Source: the human T2T-CHM13v2.0 reference genome, Homo sapiens. From it: a stretch of 64,000 bases of DNA. The first letter of the stretch is position 1. The number at the start of each line of letters is the position of its first letter. The notes below the pieces were generated by a model. The model was not told the DNA's origin, did no database searches, and saw only the letters and a program-made list of their open reading frames with translations. Below are positions 14,640 through 28,409 of the stretch, piece after piece. Made by a program: the position numbers and the translations under genes. The stretch is taken from assembly GCF_009914755.1 (NCBI RefSeq), contig NC_060937.1; one strand, 5' to 3'.

Positions 14640-15525
14640 AATAAAATACTCAGGCCAAAAACCTCGGAGTCATCTTGGAGTCTTCACTTTCTTTTGTATC
14701 CCATATCCAATTCATCAGAATATTCCATAGGCTCTACTACCAAAATATTTCTACAATCAGGCCGCTTCTCACCATCTCTGCCATTACCTCCCTAGTTCAG
14801 ACATTATTCTCTCTTGCCTGGGTAAGTTCAATAGCATCCTCATTGATCTTTCTGCTTCTGTTCCTGATTCTCCACCCAACTCCTACACATACATATATAA
14901 TCTGGTCTTAACATAGCAGCCAGAGGGAGATGCTTTTAATATAAAGCCAGATCCTGCCTCTGGTCTGCTTCAGTCTGCCAGTGGCTTCCCATTTCACACA
15001 GAGGAAAGCGAAATCCTTTATAATGGCCAACAATGCCCTACACCATCAGGCCCTCTCCCACCCACTCCCACCCTCTGAACTTAGCCCCTACTACCCCTTC
15101 CCTGGCCCATTTGGTCTTGCTGTTTCTTGAAGGCAGCAAGCACACTAACCTTAGTGTTTATGCCTGCATCACTCTTCTAGATATGCATGTGACACACTCC
15201 TTTACCAGGGGCATGTGTTTTGCTCAGTCTCACCTTCTCGATTAAGTTCACTCTGACTACGCTATTTAAAACTGTAACCACCCCCCAACCTCCTAGTTAT
15301 CTTGACCCTCTTATCCTGCTCTATTTTATTCAGAGCACTTATTACTTTGTAACCTGCTATCTAACTCACTGACTTATTTTGTTTTTAACTGACCCCATCA
15401 TTAGTATAGAAGCTCTGCAAGGTTTCAAATCTACCTGTTTTGTTTATGGATGCAGCCCAGGAGTATATAATGGTGCCTGGCACATAGCAAGTGCTCAGTA
15501 AATATTTGTTGAATGAATGAATGAA
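14640..15525 (+). mobile_element. L2 3' fragment
   Basis: Typical L2 3' end: gtgcctggcacatagcaagtgctcagtaaatatttgttgaatgaatgaatgaa. Confidence 0.75.
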
Positions 15526-16730
15526 TGAACTTATGAGTAAGAAGTCTGCTGAAAGCCATCCTAAAATAGATTTAATTCTGAGGTGAGAAGCAGGACTAAT
15601 TCAATTTTGTTCTCATACTCTGATCTTTTTTGTACCCTGATTTGTTTTGTTTTTAACTCTGGAAAATAAGATACATCAAATTGAATGGAAGCTGTACTTT
15701 TTCTGTCTATAAAGTTTTGAGATCTGTGGAAAAAAATTTCAACCAGAGGCATAGGATTTTTATTTCAATAATTACTGTTGAGTGGTATCTTATTGGATCA
15801 TATTAGAAATTTTGAAATTTGAAACTAAGTAAAACAGCATTAGGAAAACTGCAACCTTTTAAAATGTCACCATTGGCACTGACAAAATATTTGAGCACAC
15901 ACTGGGTGCAGAGCACTGGGAAAAAACACAAAATCCATTAAATGTGTGGCACACACATCTGTGCTGCTGTGAGGCCAGATGTTCCAGTTGTGGAAGTTTT
16001 ATGTTCCCAGTACTTCTAAACAAGGATGTCAGATTTCAAGCATTTAAATTAACTTTGTGAGGAGTGGCTGGCAAGTGTAAAATGTGGTCAACAGCGAATA
16101 CAGCAGAAAGCAGTTTGGTTCAAGTAGAAAATATCCCATAGTACTTGGAATGGTTTTAAAAATTATACTTTATTAGACAAAACCTAGACCATGGTTGTCA
16201 GCCTAATTCACATTACATAGCATTGCGCAGCTTACAAAGCACTTGCTTATAATAGATCATCTCAAGTGTATAGTTTCTGAGAAAAAATTTGCCAAAATCA
16301 TTATCTCTCTTGGCACAGTGAGTATGTAGAGTTCAGTTTTGCAGCTTGAGGCAAATGTTCAATGTTGCCTGGGTAAAGAGGAGCCACCAGGAGGAGCCTC
16401 CAATTGTGCAGCAGGTAGCCAGACAGCCATGAGTGGCACTATAATTGAGAGCACAGACTCCACAGCCAGGCTGCTGGTTTCAAAGCCAGTCTTGCTTCCT
16501 ACTTGCTGTGACTCTTGGTGCCTCGGTTTCATCATCTGTAAAATGGGGTTAGTAATAGTAACTCTTTGTAGGGCTACTAAGATAATTAAACATGTTTATA
16601 AACAAAGTGTGCTTAGAACAATTTCTGGCACCTGGGAAGCCTCTCACGCACGTTAGCTGCTATTATTAATAAGGAACGGCAAAAGGACCTGCTTGTCCCT
16701 CACCTCTCCCACAATTTTCTGGTCAGAGGT

Positions 16731-17118
16731 CAGTGTGTTGGAAAATTCCTCTTTGGAGTCACTCTTTTGGAGATTTACACACATATATATATATAAATCT
16801 CCCACTGACCTTAGCCCCTACTACCCCGTCCCTGGCCCATTTGGTCAGGGAATATATACATATATATATTCTATATATTCTATATATATAATATATATTC
16901 TTGTAAGGTTCTATCTCTCAAAAATGTAAAGAAATTAACATATATATAAACATATATATATATTTCTTAACATTTTTGAGAGATAGAACCTTACAAGAAT
17001 CAGATGAAAACAGTGAACTCTTTCTTTAGAACAACATATATATTCATATGTATAGGCAATTTTGCCCATAATTTCAGGGAATTTATAAATTCCTGAAGTC
17101 CAAATCAAGAAACTCTAG
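16731..17118. mobile_element. hAT-Charlie-type MITE (MER5/MER117-like) interrupted by a ~220-bp composite insertion
   Basis: Flanks ttggagtcactcttttg / gaatcagatgaaaacagtgaactc...aattttgcccataatttcaggg...tcaagaaactct resemble a contiguous Charlie-MITE consensus (recalled, not aligned). Confidence 0.55.
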
Positions 17119-18101
17119 GTTAGGATATTGTGTTTCCAGAAGGCCCAGATTAAAGGACCCCTTGTTGGGCCATCACGTTAAGCTGTCGATGCCTAAGACC
17201 ACATTCAGGTGAGTTATGTGACCTGTCGCAGGTAGAACATGGAGCACTGGACGGGCAGACTGGAAGGCGTTCTGACATGTTCCGTGAGGGATATTCGAGA
17301 AGCAACTTGACGTAGATAGAGGAGATGCAGACAGTGGAACAGGTGTCTCCAGGGATCAGCTTTCCCAGCGTAATCCCTTTCCTGGGGCTCCTGTCCGCTC
17401 CACCTTCCAGCTGCTTAGCTCTCCGCAGAAGCCAGAGTAAATCTGATATGCTCTCCCCTTCTGCTTCCTCCCATGCTCTCAGAGTCATTTCTCCCTAGGG
17501 GCAGTGAGCTGCTGAGAAGCCTGGAAAGGGAGAGAGACTTCCCAGTGAAAATGAAGATGGTCTGAGCGGATCACAGCCAGGCCCGGAGAGCGATCTGACA
17601 AAGGAGCTATACCACAGAAGCAGAGCTGCGTAATTGGTTGTCAATATATGTATTTCAAAACACAGTCTTCAGGTATCCCAGCTTCCCAGGGAGATAAAAA
17701 AGAATCTTTCAGTATGAAAGCTCGTTATATCTCATGGAGAGCGCGCTGGTGCTTCCCAAGGACAGAGCGAGGAGGTAGAGTCACTAGAGCTGCAGGACGT
17801 GGGATTTTTTTGATGCCGTCTTCCACCGCAGCTAGAGGGGTCTTTAGACTTCTGTTTTGTGTCGTTTCCTCTTCTGCAGCTCCCCAGGTAGGGCAGGATG
17901 GTTGGTGTTTGGCTTGTGGAGGTAGTAGCCCGGTAATTTGGGCACAGATCTGCTCTGTGGAGGAAAATGCTCATTCTCCATGTTTTCTCTGTGGCTAAAA
18001 GAGGATAATAAAATCTTTTTTCCTCTCGGGGACTTGGAGAAGATTAATTTATGCTGCCTATGAAGTGTTTTAAGCTCTAGCACAGGAAGGTGCTAAGCAT
18101 T

Positions 18102-18408
18102 CTTTCTTTCTTTCTTTTTTTTTTTGAGACGGAGTCTCGCTCTGTCGCCCAGGCTGGAGCGCAGTGGCGCAATCTCGACTCACTGCAAGCTCCGCCTCCC
18201 GGGTTCACGCCATTCTCCTGCCTCAGCCTCCTGAGTAGTTGGGACTACAGGCGCCCACCACCACGCCCGGCTAATTTTTTTTGTATTTTTAGTAGAGATG
18301 GGGTTTCACCGTGTTAACCAGGATGGTCTCTATCTCCTGACCTCGTGATCCGCCTGTCTCGGCCTCCCAAAGCGCTGGGATTACGGGCGTGAGCCACCGC
18401 GCCCGGCC
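18102..18408 (-). mobile_element. Full-length AluY
   Basis: AluY diagnostics (gcaagctccgcctcccgggttcacgccatt; caggatggtctc), CpG-rich. Perfect 13-bp TSD GGTGCTAAGCATT at 18089-18101 and 18409-18421. Confidence 0.97.
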
Positions 18409-19049
18409 GGTGCTAAGCATTATTTCTAAAGTTCGTTTCTTTAACCCATCCTGTGAAGTAGAGATCTTTATTAATTGGAGTCTCCTTCATCAGAGTCTGG
18501 TGGAATGCCTCCCATTCTCCAAAGTGAAATGGCCATAGGTTGGTGGTGGTGGTAGGGGGTTGAGGATGGGAATATCAATCAATTTAATTGGTTTACTTCA
18601 AATGGGAGGGCTTTCTATGAACCGTGGGTGCTGCTGAATTCACCCGAAGGAGAGAGCCAATGTTACCCAGGCCAGCCTGGGCAGGGCTCGTCTGATGCCT
18701 CTCATCTCAGGAGTTGAGGAGGATGGAATTACCATTGAGATCCAGGCAGCCAGAAACCCCAAGATGAGAGTTTCCACATGGCTTGGGGAAGGCAGAGAGA
18801 CAGACCTGGGCACTGGGCTTGGAATAGTCAGTTACCTTACTTGGCCAGGCCAATTGTTCAAACTCAGAAGTGGGCTCAGGAGTGGAGCACCTGTGCCTCC
18901 CAAGGTGTCCCAGCATGGGATGAAGGCCAGTGAGGAGTGTCTTTTCATGAGTTGCTTCTGGGATGGCTTTTCACACCTCCAGAGTGAAGTATAATCAGAT
19001 ATGCATCCTGAACAGAGAACAAAGCTAGTCTTGAATCAAGAAATGTTCT

Positions 19050-19810
19050 TTAGTTTATTCACTTAATAAATATTTGTTGGACATCTACAATGAGTCACAG
19101 TTTTAGGTTTAGGGGATACAGCTGTGATCAAGTTTGTCAAGGTCCCTGTTCCCAAGGAGCTTACATTCTAGCCAGAAAGACAGTCAATAAACAAGTAAAC
19201 AAATTCCCCTATGTATGTACACCAGAATGCAAGCTCTGCAAGGGCAGGCTTTTAGAAAAATCTATTTTGTTCATTGTTGTATTCCTAGCACCCAAAATAA
19301 GCCCTGATCACTAGATATTAGGTGCTCAATAAGTATTTGCTGAATAAATAATAGAAATGATAATTTCAGATTGCAGTAAACACAATGAAGGGAATGAATC
19401 AGAGTGCAGGTGGGAGATGGAGATGGAAAAATGAGTAAGAGCTGGACGAATATAAAGTCTTGCCGGCATTGGTAAGAGTTTGGGAAAGAGCAATGAGTTC
19501 TAAGCACAGGAAATATGCGATGAAGCTTACATTTTACAAAGATCATCCTGACTGCTGAGGGAGAACAGATGGGGAAGTGGAGTGAGTGGAAGCAGGGGAG
19601 CCAGGGAGGAAGCTGTTTTTTTGGTCCAGACCAGAGGTGCTGATGTTTTGCCCCAGGCAGGAAGCCAGGGAGTTGGTGGTGGGAAGTGGGCCGGGTTCCA
19701 GTTGTGTTCTGAGGGTAGCACTAGTGGTATTTTTTAACGGCTTGAATGTAGGGATCAGAGGAAGAGGAAAGTCCAACATGACCCTGGGGGTTTTGGCTCC
19801 AGCCAAAAGA
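19050..19810 (-). mobile_element. L2 fragments (antisense, with a nested sense L2 end)
   Basis: tttattcacttaataaatatttgttg...; aagatcatcctgactgctg; gaggaagaggaaagtccaacatgacc. Confidence 0.6.
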
Positions 19811-20111
19811 TAGATAACAGAGTTGTTAACAGAGGGGTGAACACTGGAGCTTCTGGAAGCCTGGCCCCAGAGGTGGGTGAGATTGGTCAGGGAGGGAGGG
19901 TGAAGCCCTAAAGGTCGTTTTCCTGGGGTGTGTCTTGAACACCTGGACATTTTGGCCAGGCTTGTGGAGAGGTTTGCACATGATAAAAATGAGAGAGATC
20001 AAAGCTTTAGAGTCATAGATTTTTAAAAAAATATTTAGATGCTAAAAGATCTTAAAAATACAAAACTGGTGGTTTTAACTTGCTTTTTTCTACTTTGAAA
20101 GGCAAGGAATC

Positions 20112-20456
20112 TTTTCTTTTCATTTCTTTTCTTTCTTTCTTTCTTTTTCTTTCTTTCTTTTTTTTTTTTTTTTGTTTTATAAAGGGTCTTGTTAAGTTGC
20201 AGGCTAGAGTGCAGTAGTGTGATTCTAGCTCACTGCAGCCCTGAACTTCTGGGCCTCAAGCCATCATCCCACCTCTGCCTCCCAAAGCACTGGGACTACA
20301 GGCATGTACCACCACACCTGGCTAAGTTTTACATTTTTTGTAGAGAAGGGGGTCTTGCTATAATATGTTGCCCAGGCTGGTCCTGAACTCCTGGCCTCCT
20401 CCTGTCTTGGCCTTCCAAAGCTCTGGGATTATAGGCTTGAATCACTGTGCCCAGCC
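20112..20456 (-). mobile_element. AluJ with (CTTT)n-derived tail
   Basis: Diverged Alu: gctcactgcagccctgaacttctgggcctcaagcc...ctgtgcccagcc. Confidence 0.88.
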
Positions 20457-21496
20457 AGGATTTTTTTTTTTTTTAATTGGAAGCCCATAAGCAACCCAAT
20501 ATGTAAGATAATTTAATTGTTCTAACTATAAATCCAAGTCTTCTGTATTTGGCTGCCCTTCTTCATGCCTGTCCAGATGCTCTCTCAAAGGCAACAAAAA
20601 TGTCTTGTTCCCACCCACTGGTGGATTGATGTTAGGAATTCCACAGGTAGAGATTAATTCCTTTGACTTAACATTTCATTCCCATAAAACACAAAGTCCA
20701 TAAGGAAAAGCACAGTAGGACATTATTAAGCCTCATCAATCCTTCAAGACTTTAGTGAAACCAGATTTACATTCTTTCTTTGGAGTTGATGTTGATGGAT
20801 TGAGGGAAGGCTGCTGGATCATGAAGATTTTGAGTGTGAGGAATGGGACAAAGTGTAGGAAGAAGTTCCAGCAGGAGAAGGGGCTCATTTGATGGTCTTG
20901 CTGAGGCCTGTTGAATTTGTATTGTGTGGCCATTTTTGCCTTCTAGATTTGCCCCTCTCACACCATCTTCAGGAAACTTTCAGTGCCTTACCTGCTGTTG
21001 GTTCTGATGAATTTTGCTGAGACACTCTATCTCCTTTTGTATGCATTTTGTAAAATTCAACATTTATGAAACAAGCGGAGTCTTACAAAAACATCTGAGG
21101 GTTAAATCTAGCTTTGGCTCGCAAGTTGTAGATTCCTAAAAAATATCATGTTGGGCATTTTATTTATTAGCTATTGTTTGAGGAGTCCAGATGGGATGAC
21201 CAAGGCCTAGTTTTTATGTGCCTAGAGTAGAAGACTGACTATAAATGTAGTATAGTTTGGAGGGTCTTCTTCAAATATCACCCTTTTAGGCATCCCAGGA
21301 ACTGAAATGATAACCATTAGGACTTAGAGGAGAGTAGGGTCAGAGAGTGAGGTTTAAGGGATTAATGGTTTTCATTAAGATGCAAATGTATTATCTACAG
21401 TGGAAAGCCTATTGATTCTGTTTGGTCATTAACATCTAAGCACTTTAAGACTATAATCAAAGACCTCTGTAAACTGTGATTATACCTTTTAGCTTT

Positions 21497-21608
21497 AATA
21501 TTGCTATTGGACTACTACTATGCATAGTAGTAGTCCAATAGTGCATAGTGGTAGTTCGATAGTGCATAGTAGTTGTACTATGCATAGTAGTAGTCCAATA
21601 GCATTATT
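21497..21608. repeat. Palindromic 21-bp-unit minisatellite
   Basis: Perfect 38-bp palindrome at 21504-21541 plus four tandem units of ~TGCATAGTAGTAGTCCAATAG. Confidence 0.9.
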
Positions 21609-22548
21609 GGCCCTTACTAGGGACCAGGATTATATAGATGAACACAATTTGGGCCCTGCCTTCAAAGGCATTTACAATCTATGGGAGACTGGCAGGGCCA
21701 AGGTGTTGTCTTTTTGTTTACCACTCTACACCTGGGCCCCCCACAGTGCCCAGAACATGGGGGAACTTAATAAATGGATGGACCTAGGCATTTCCACAAC
21801 TCTGCAGAGCATAAGTGCTAAAAGTGAGAACTAGCAGGAACCTAAGTGAGTTTCTCAGATTAGCTCCAGAAAGGAGAAGAGACTGGGGAGATGGACATGG
21901 GTTGGGGGGAACTGGGGGTTGATAAGGAAAGAGTGGATCTTGCTGAGACTCCTTCCTTGAACCTAGCAGGTCTGGAAAGCTTAGGGGGTGGAGTTGCCAG
22001 GAAAGGAGAATGTCACAGGAGCAGGGGGGGAGCTGGAAAAGAGCTAGAACTTGGAGCACCAGCTGGAGCAGAGCAGGTAGCAGGATGGCCTGAGGACCCA
22101 GTGGAATTGGGGGTGGCGGGCTGAGAAGGCATGGTCAGGTGGGCACTCAGCCCAGGCTGCTAGCAGGCTCCTAGCCTTGGAGGACTTCCCATGGGGTCCT
22201 GCCTACAGTTGCCCTCATGAGAACATTCTTTGGGTGTGAGTCCCAGGCCTTTTCTTAAGCCCAGTGTTCTCATTCTTTCCCTGGCACCTGACAAAGTGGG
22301 TTATCTCACAATCCTCTCCCCGAGTTAAGTGATAATTTTAATAACTGCAGGATTTTATGTTGGTAATTGGTCCCTGAGAACAGAGATGGTAATTGCAGCT
22401 CTTATCAATGCCTGTTAGAGCAAGCTGGTTTGAAGTGAAAACAATGCTTTCAGGTGTAGCTTGGACTCTTTCCCAGGTTTGGCAACTTGACTTAGTTCAA
22501 GGTCAGAACATCCTGTTAGAGTCTGGAGGCGAGGATTTGGAAGCCTGA

Positions 22549-22935
<387 letters not shown>

Positions 22936-24763
22936 TAAACACTCAGTACAAGGACCCAGAGTATTTGCAGTTACTGGACATGCCTGATGTTTTCATATCT
23001 GGAAACAGCCTCTTCTTTCATCTCTGAAAGCCTTGATTTGCTCATCTTAAAAATGGGGCAATCATCCCATATGCATAAGATTGCTGTGTGAAAAGTGTGG
23101 TATGGTTGAAAGAGCATGGATTTGGGGGTCAGATGAACAAAGTTTTAATTTCTTCTCTCCCGTTTACCACATTATTGTGTGGTCATGGATTATCAATAAC
23201 TCCTCAAGTAATAAAATGCAAATAATCATATTGATTTTATTTGGCACATCAAGGCAATCTTAGGCAATATTTTCCTCCCTTTCTCCCTCACCCATGTGTC
23301 TTGTCCTGAAAGTCTTAGCTCCCTTGTGGATATGTCATGGTGGCTCATTATGGAATTTTATGCTCTCAGCCTCCTTGGGATCTCAGAATGCCTCTACTCC
23401 AGGCCACACTCAAGCAGTTCCACCATTCTCAGCCTACTATTCCCCTTTACTGCAAAATGACCACTCCTTTCTCCCTCATCCCACTCCCCCAAAGAGGCTG
23501 GCCTCAGTTAGGTGTTGGGAGGAAAGCAATCTGTTTAGCAGAATTCATTATCAATGTGCTAATGAACCATCGATCTTTAACCCTTATAGGAATATTTCCC
23601 CCATGGGAATATTTGCATTTTCCACCTGAATTCCTAATCCATGGAAGAATCACCCAGGTAGAACTTCTGGCTGGAGGATAAAGGAAAGTGTAGAATTTCA
23701 GGCATTATGGAAGAGGCACTGGTGATAAAGTTGGAGAGGTAGCGTCGTGTTCAGGTTGGTCAATTATGCCTTGCTCTGCAGCACCTCAGTTCCCTGCAGT
23801 GCCTGTACCTAAAGCTATCCCTGGGCAGTGTGTGAACAGAGAACACAGCAATTCCAGATCTACATCTACAGAGAGATGCTATCTATCTGCCCCCCAATAC
23901 TGTTCTTTCAAAGGTCTGAAGGATTAAGATCTGGCCTGTTGTTAAACTTATTGTTTAGAATTTGCATGACCCATTTTATTTTCAGAGTTCTTTTTATTCA
24001 TTAATTATTCATTTATTTAATGCAGTTTTTAATTGTATGCTTATTCCATCTTGCAAAGGTGGAATTATTCAGAGGAACATTTAAAAGAAATTAGCAGTAT
24101 GACAGAGCTTATAATTGTGCTTTAATCTTAAATTAATATTCCTCCTGTTTTCATGTTACCAGAACAATTATCCCAAACGGTACCAGAAGCAGGAAATTAT
24201 GTATTGTCCTATATACGGCATTCCCTCCCAGAGAGCACACTATTTATCATGGCTTTTTAGTCTCCTCCGTGTGCAATGGAAGATAAAAAATCTCAACAAT
24301 ATTTCGGTGTTTGGAGAAGATTAAAGCACCCGCAAACATTCGTGTTTGTCTCATCCACTCCCTCTGCTGCATCTAACTGGGTCAGAGTTTTAGGTGGGTT
24401 CAGCAATGTGGCTTTTTATTTGGAGTTTCTGGGGACTTTCTGAAAAAGTCACATAAGCAACCCTAGCAGAAGAAACTGGAAATGTGCAGGTTTCTCTCAA
24501 TATTTCCTTTTCGCAGTACTTCCCCTTTTTCAGACTGGTGGTAGTAGCTACAGTGTGCCTGCTGACATTAGCTGAAATAAGTGTAAAGAGGAAAAAGCCA
24601 GCATTTAGATCCCTGGACTGGCTGGGGATTTCTTTTCTCCTGAAGAAGAGCTCCTGACTTCAGGCTGCAGCCCTTAAACTGAAGTGCTTTCCCACCTTGT
24701 TTGCTTTCATGGGAGACCCGAGAAAGATGATCTGGGCTACTGGAGGAAGAGCCTATTAGAAAT

Positions 24764-25189
24764 TGTATTCGGGTTCTCCAGAGAAACAGAACCAATTGAG
24801 TATATACATACAACACACACATACCTACATACACAAGGAATTGGCTCACATAATTGTGGGTTCTGGCAAGTCCAAAATCTTTAGAGCAAGTTGGAAATTC
24901 TGGTAAGAGCTGACGTTGCAGTATTGCATCTGAAGTTTGAAAACTCAGGCAGAATGTCTATGTTGCTGTCTGGTGGTAGAATTTCTTCTTTTTTCAGGAA
25001 ATCGATCTTTGTTCTTAAGGCCTTCAACTGACCCATGCGTATTATGGAGGATAATCTGCTTTAAGTTCAACTGATCGTAAATGTTAATCACATTTTTAAA
25101 ATGCCTTCACAGAAACACCCAGATTGTGTCTGACCAAACAAATGGGCACCAAGGTCTAGCCAAGTTGACACATGAAACTGACCATTGCA
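24764..25189 (-). mobile_element. MLT2 (ERVL) solo LTR
   Basis: tgtattcgggttctccagagaaacagaaccaat ... caagttgacacatgaaactgaccattgca. Confidence 0.8.
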
Positions 25190-25382
25190 GAGACCTCTTG
25201 TCCTGCTGACTGTGGAGTCTGTGATGCCTTCTTCACATGACAAGCAGTGGGCTCTCAGGTGTGTCTCCCCCACCACCGACCATGCTTTGTGAGCTTGCCT
25301 AATTGGCGATTTCTTCTGTCAACCAGATTCCCTTCTTTGGAGAAAAGCTACATGTGGCCCTTGCAGGATGGCTGGGGTTTGG

Positions 25383-25746
<364 letters not shown>

Positions 25747-25804
25747 TGACCTCCCATGCAGACACACAGGGCCCTCTCTTACAACAGCATTTAAAAAGTA
25801 TACT

Positions 25805-25806
25805 AT

Positions 25807-25845
<39 letters not shown>

Positions 25846-26129
25846 TTTTGAGATGGTGTCTTGCTCTGTTTCCCATGCTAGAGTACAGTGGCACAATATC
25901 GGCTCACTGCAACCTCTGCCTACTGGGTTCAAGTGATTCTCCCACCTCAGCCTCCTGAGTAGCTGGGATTACAGGTGCATGCCACCTCACCCAGCTAATT
26001 TTTGTATTTTTAGTAGAGATGGGGTTTCACCATGTTGGTCAGGCTGGTCTTGAACTCCTGACCTTGTGATCCACCCACCTTGGCCTCCCAAAGTGCTGGG
26101 ATTACAGGCGTGAGCCACTGCGCCTGGCC
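25805..26129 (-). mobile_element. AluSg/Sc-like with (TTTA)n tail
   Basis: (TTTA)~11 followed by an antisense Alu containing gaccttgtgatcc. Confidence 0.92.
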
Positions 26130-26131
26130 CA

Positions 26132-26450
26132 CTTTTTAATAAAAGTATTACATACGTGCAGAAAAATGCACAAACCATAAGACTGCAGCTCAATGCAGTT
26201 TCACCAAACTCATTATGAGCCTCCTTATGTAACCAGCCCCAGACTGGGACGCAGAGGATCAGCACTCCCAGAAACCTCGCTCCTGTTGCTGCCCTGGTCC
26301 CCTCTCCCCAGCCCCAAGCCCCACCTCTAGTCTAACTCCTAGCACCAGACATGTGTTTTGCATTTTCTTTTGTTGAATTTTATATAATGGGACAATGCAT
26401 TCTGTTTTTCTTTTTTTTTTTTTCACCATAGCATAGTTTTGCATGGGGAA
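26132..26450 (-). mobile_element. Old L1M 3' end
   Basis: acatacgtgcagaaaaatgcacaaaccataag...gaattttatataatggg resembles an antisense L1MB/MC/ME 3'UTR. Confidence 0.6.
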
Positions 26451-27890
26451 AAGACCATTCTGGAAATACTCTGAGTGACTCTGTCCCCTCCTTCCATCTG
26501 TCCTTGCAAGTGTGGCTTTTTTGTTACACATGGGACATTGTGCCAGAGACTGTGGACAGACATAGTTGCCCAAGAGATGTGTTATAGAACAGCAACCAGA
26601 GGCTCTGTGGGGAAACTGGGAAGGGGCCCTGCCTCAGCCCGGCAGGCTCAGGGCAGTTCTCAAAACAGGCTGGCTTCAGCCCCCTCCTGCATCCTTTGAG
26701 GAAGCCCCTCTAAGGGAGAGCAGTCCTCCTTATTGGCCCTGTGGAGAAGTGGTGCTGCAGGTGCTTGCGGGAACTTGTCCTGATTGGCAGAGTCCCAGCT
26801 AAGTTGCTGTCAACCTTGACCCACCTGTTCTCACTTTCGGGGACCTCTTTGTTCTCTGTGAGCTGCTGGTCTCTGATAGACTAGTTGCTGATAAGCATTG
26901 TGGTTGATATCAATTTCCCACATTGCACCCTCTTGATAAGGCACCGTGAACCAATGAGCATCTCTGCTCCAGTTGGGCTGCCTGTGGGGATGTGTCTTCA
27001 TCTCCTTCAGTGCCTTCTTTCCTCTTCCAGGCCCTAGGCTATCACCCAAGGCTGTATCCTCCATGTCCCTGTCCTTTATTACGTTACTTTTCATCACAGA
27101 TCTTAGTTCCTCCCATACCTCCTATCTTCCCAATGTTATCCCAGGCCTAACCTGCATTTCCACTGCCAGTGGGACCATTTCTCACAGGCTTCTGGCCGGT
27201 GTCTCAGACTCCTGCTCCTAAAACATCCTCTTTTCTCCTGCCATCATTGTGCCACTGTCCTTGCCCACCTTTCCCCAACCCACCAGTTGCCAGTCCTCTT
27301 TCTTCTGACTGCAGGATCCCCGTGTGCTGCGCCTCTTCCCAGGCCCCTCGCCACCACCCTCTTCCCCTGCCTGTGTAGCTCTGTCTAGAGGGCTGACAGT
27401 GTTGACTGCCCTTCCTGCCTCATCCCTCTCCATCTCCAGATTCCCTTCCTCATCATCTGATGCCTTTTTAGGGTCAACCTTCCATTGCTGCTCAGTGCCT
27501 AGGGGACAAAGCGCCATTTGCTGGCCTGCCATCCCGAGCCCTCCAGAACGTATCCCCAGCCACTCAGCTTGGTGGAGAATCCATGATTTTCCAGTTATCC
27601 TCAGTTGCACTTCTGCCTTTTCCATGCCTGCCACGTTTGCTGGTGCTGCTTCTGTGGGACATAGCGCTTTAGAGCTGGACAGACACAGGGGAATCACAGA
27701 GCTCCAGCCCCTCCTCTCACAGGGCATCCTGGTACTTCCTGCATGCCACCAGCCCATTGTCTAGCAGAGCCTTTCCGGGTGGATGATCCCAGCCGGAAGT
27801 GATCTTTCCCTTCCTGAACTCCACTGCACTTAACCACGTGGTTCTTACCTTGTGCTAGAGTTAATTTTGTATCTGAATGTTCAACCTTCC

Positions 27891-28409
27891 TGTGGTAGAC
27901 AGAATAGTGCCAACTCTCTCTCCTCCCTCAAGGACATCCACTTCCGAATTCCTGGAACCTGTGGCTATGTTATGTTACACGTCAAAGGGGAATTAAGTTG
28001 CAGATGGAATTGAGGCTGCTAATCAGCTGACTTTGAGATGAGGAGATAATCCTGGATTATTCATGTGGACCTGGTATCATCACAGTGGAGGAGGGAGGCA
28101 GAAGAGTCAGTGTCAGAGTGGTGTGATGTGAGAGGTGCCACCAGCCATGCTGACTGTGAAGGTGGAGGAAGGGGTCACAAGCCAAGGAATGTGAGCAGTC
28201 TCTAGCTGGAAAAGGCATTGAATGGATGCTCCTTTAGAGACTCCCTTTCTCAGTGGGGAAGGAATGCGGCCGTGGCAACACCTTGATTTTGGCCCATTGA
28301 GATCTGTGCCAGACATCTGACCTCCCTAACTGTAAGATTAAAAATTTGCATTGATTTTAACCCCTAATTCTGTGGTAATTTGTTACAGTGGCAATGGAAA
28401 ACTGATACA
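27891..28409 (+). mobile_element. MLT1D-like MaLR solo LTR
   Basis: tgtggtagacagaat...gcagatggaattgaggctgctaatcagctgac...gtggtaatttgttacagtggcaatggaaaactgataca. Confidence 0.85.

Noticed and set aside
21504-21601. CRISPR-like appearance of repeated palindromic units
   Set aside because: The units are head-to-tail with no unique spacers, there are no cas genes, and the context is mammalian.
27218-27764. Longest non-OLFM4 ORFs (179 aa on -, 146 aa on +)
   Set aside because: No recognisable domain or splice context. Overlapping ORFs on both strands of a GC-richer, low-complexity stretch are expected by chance.
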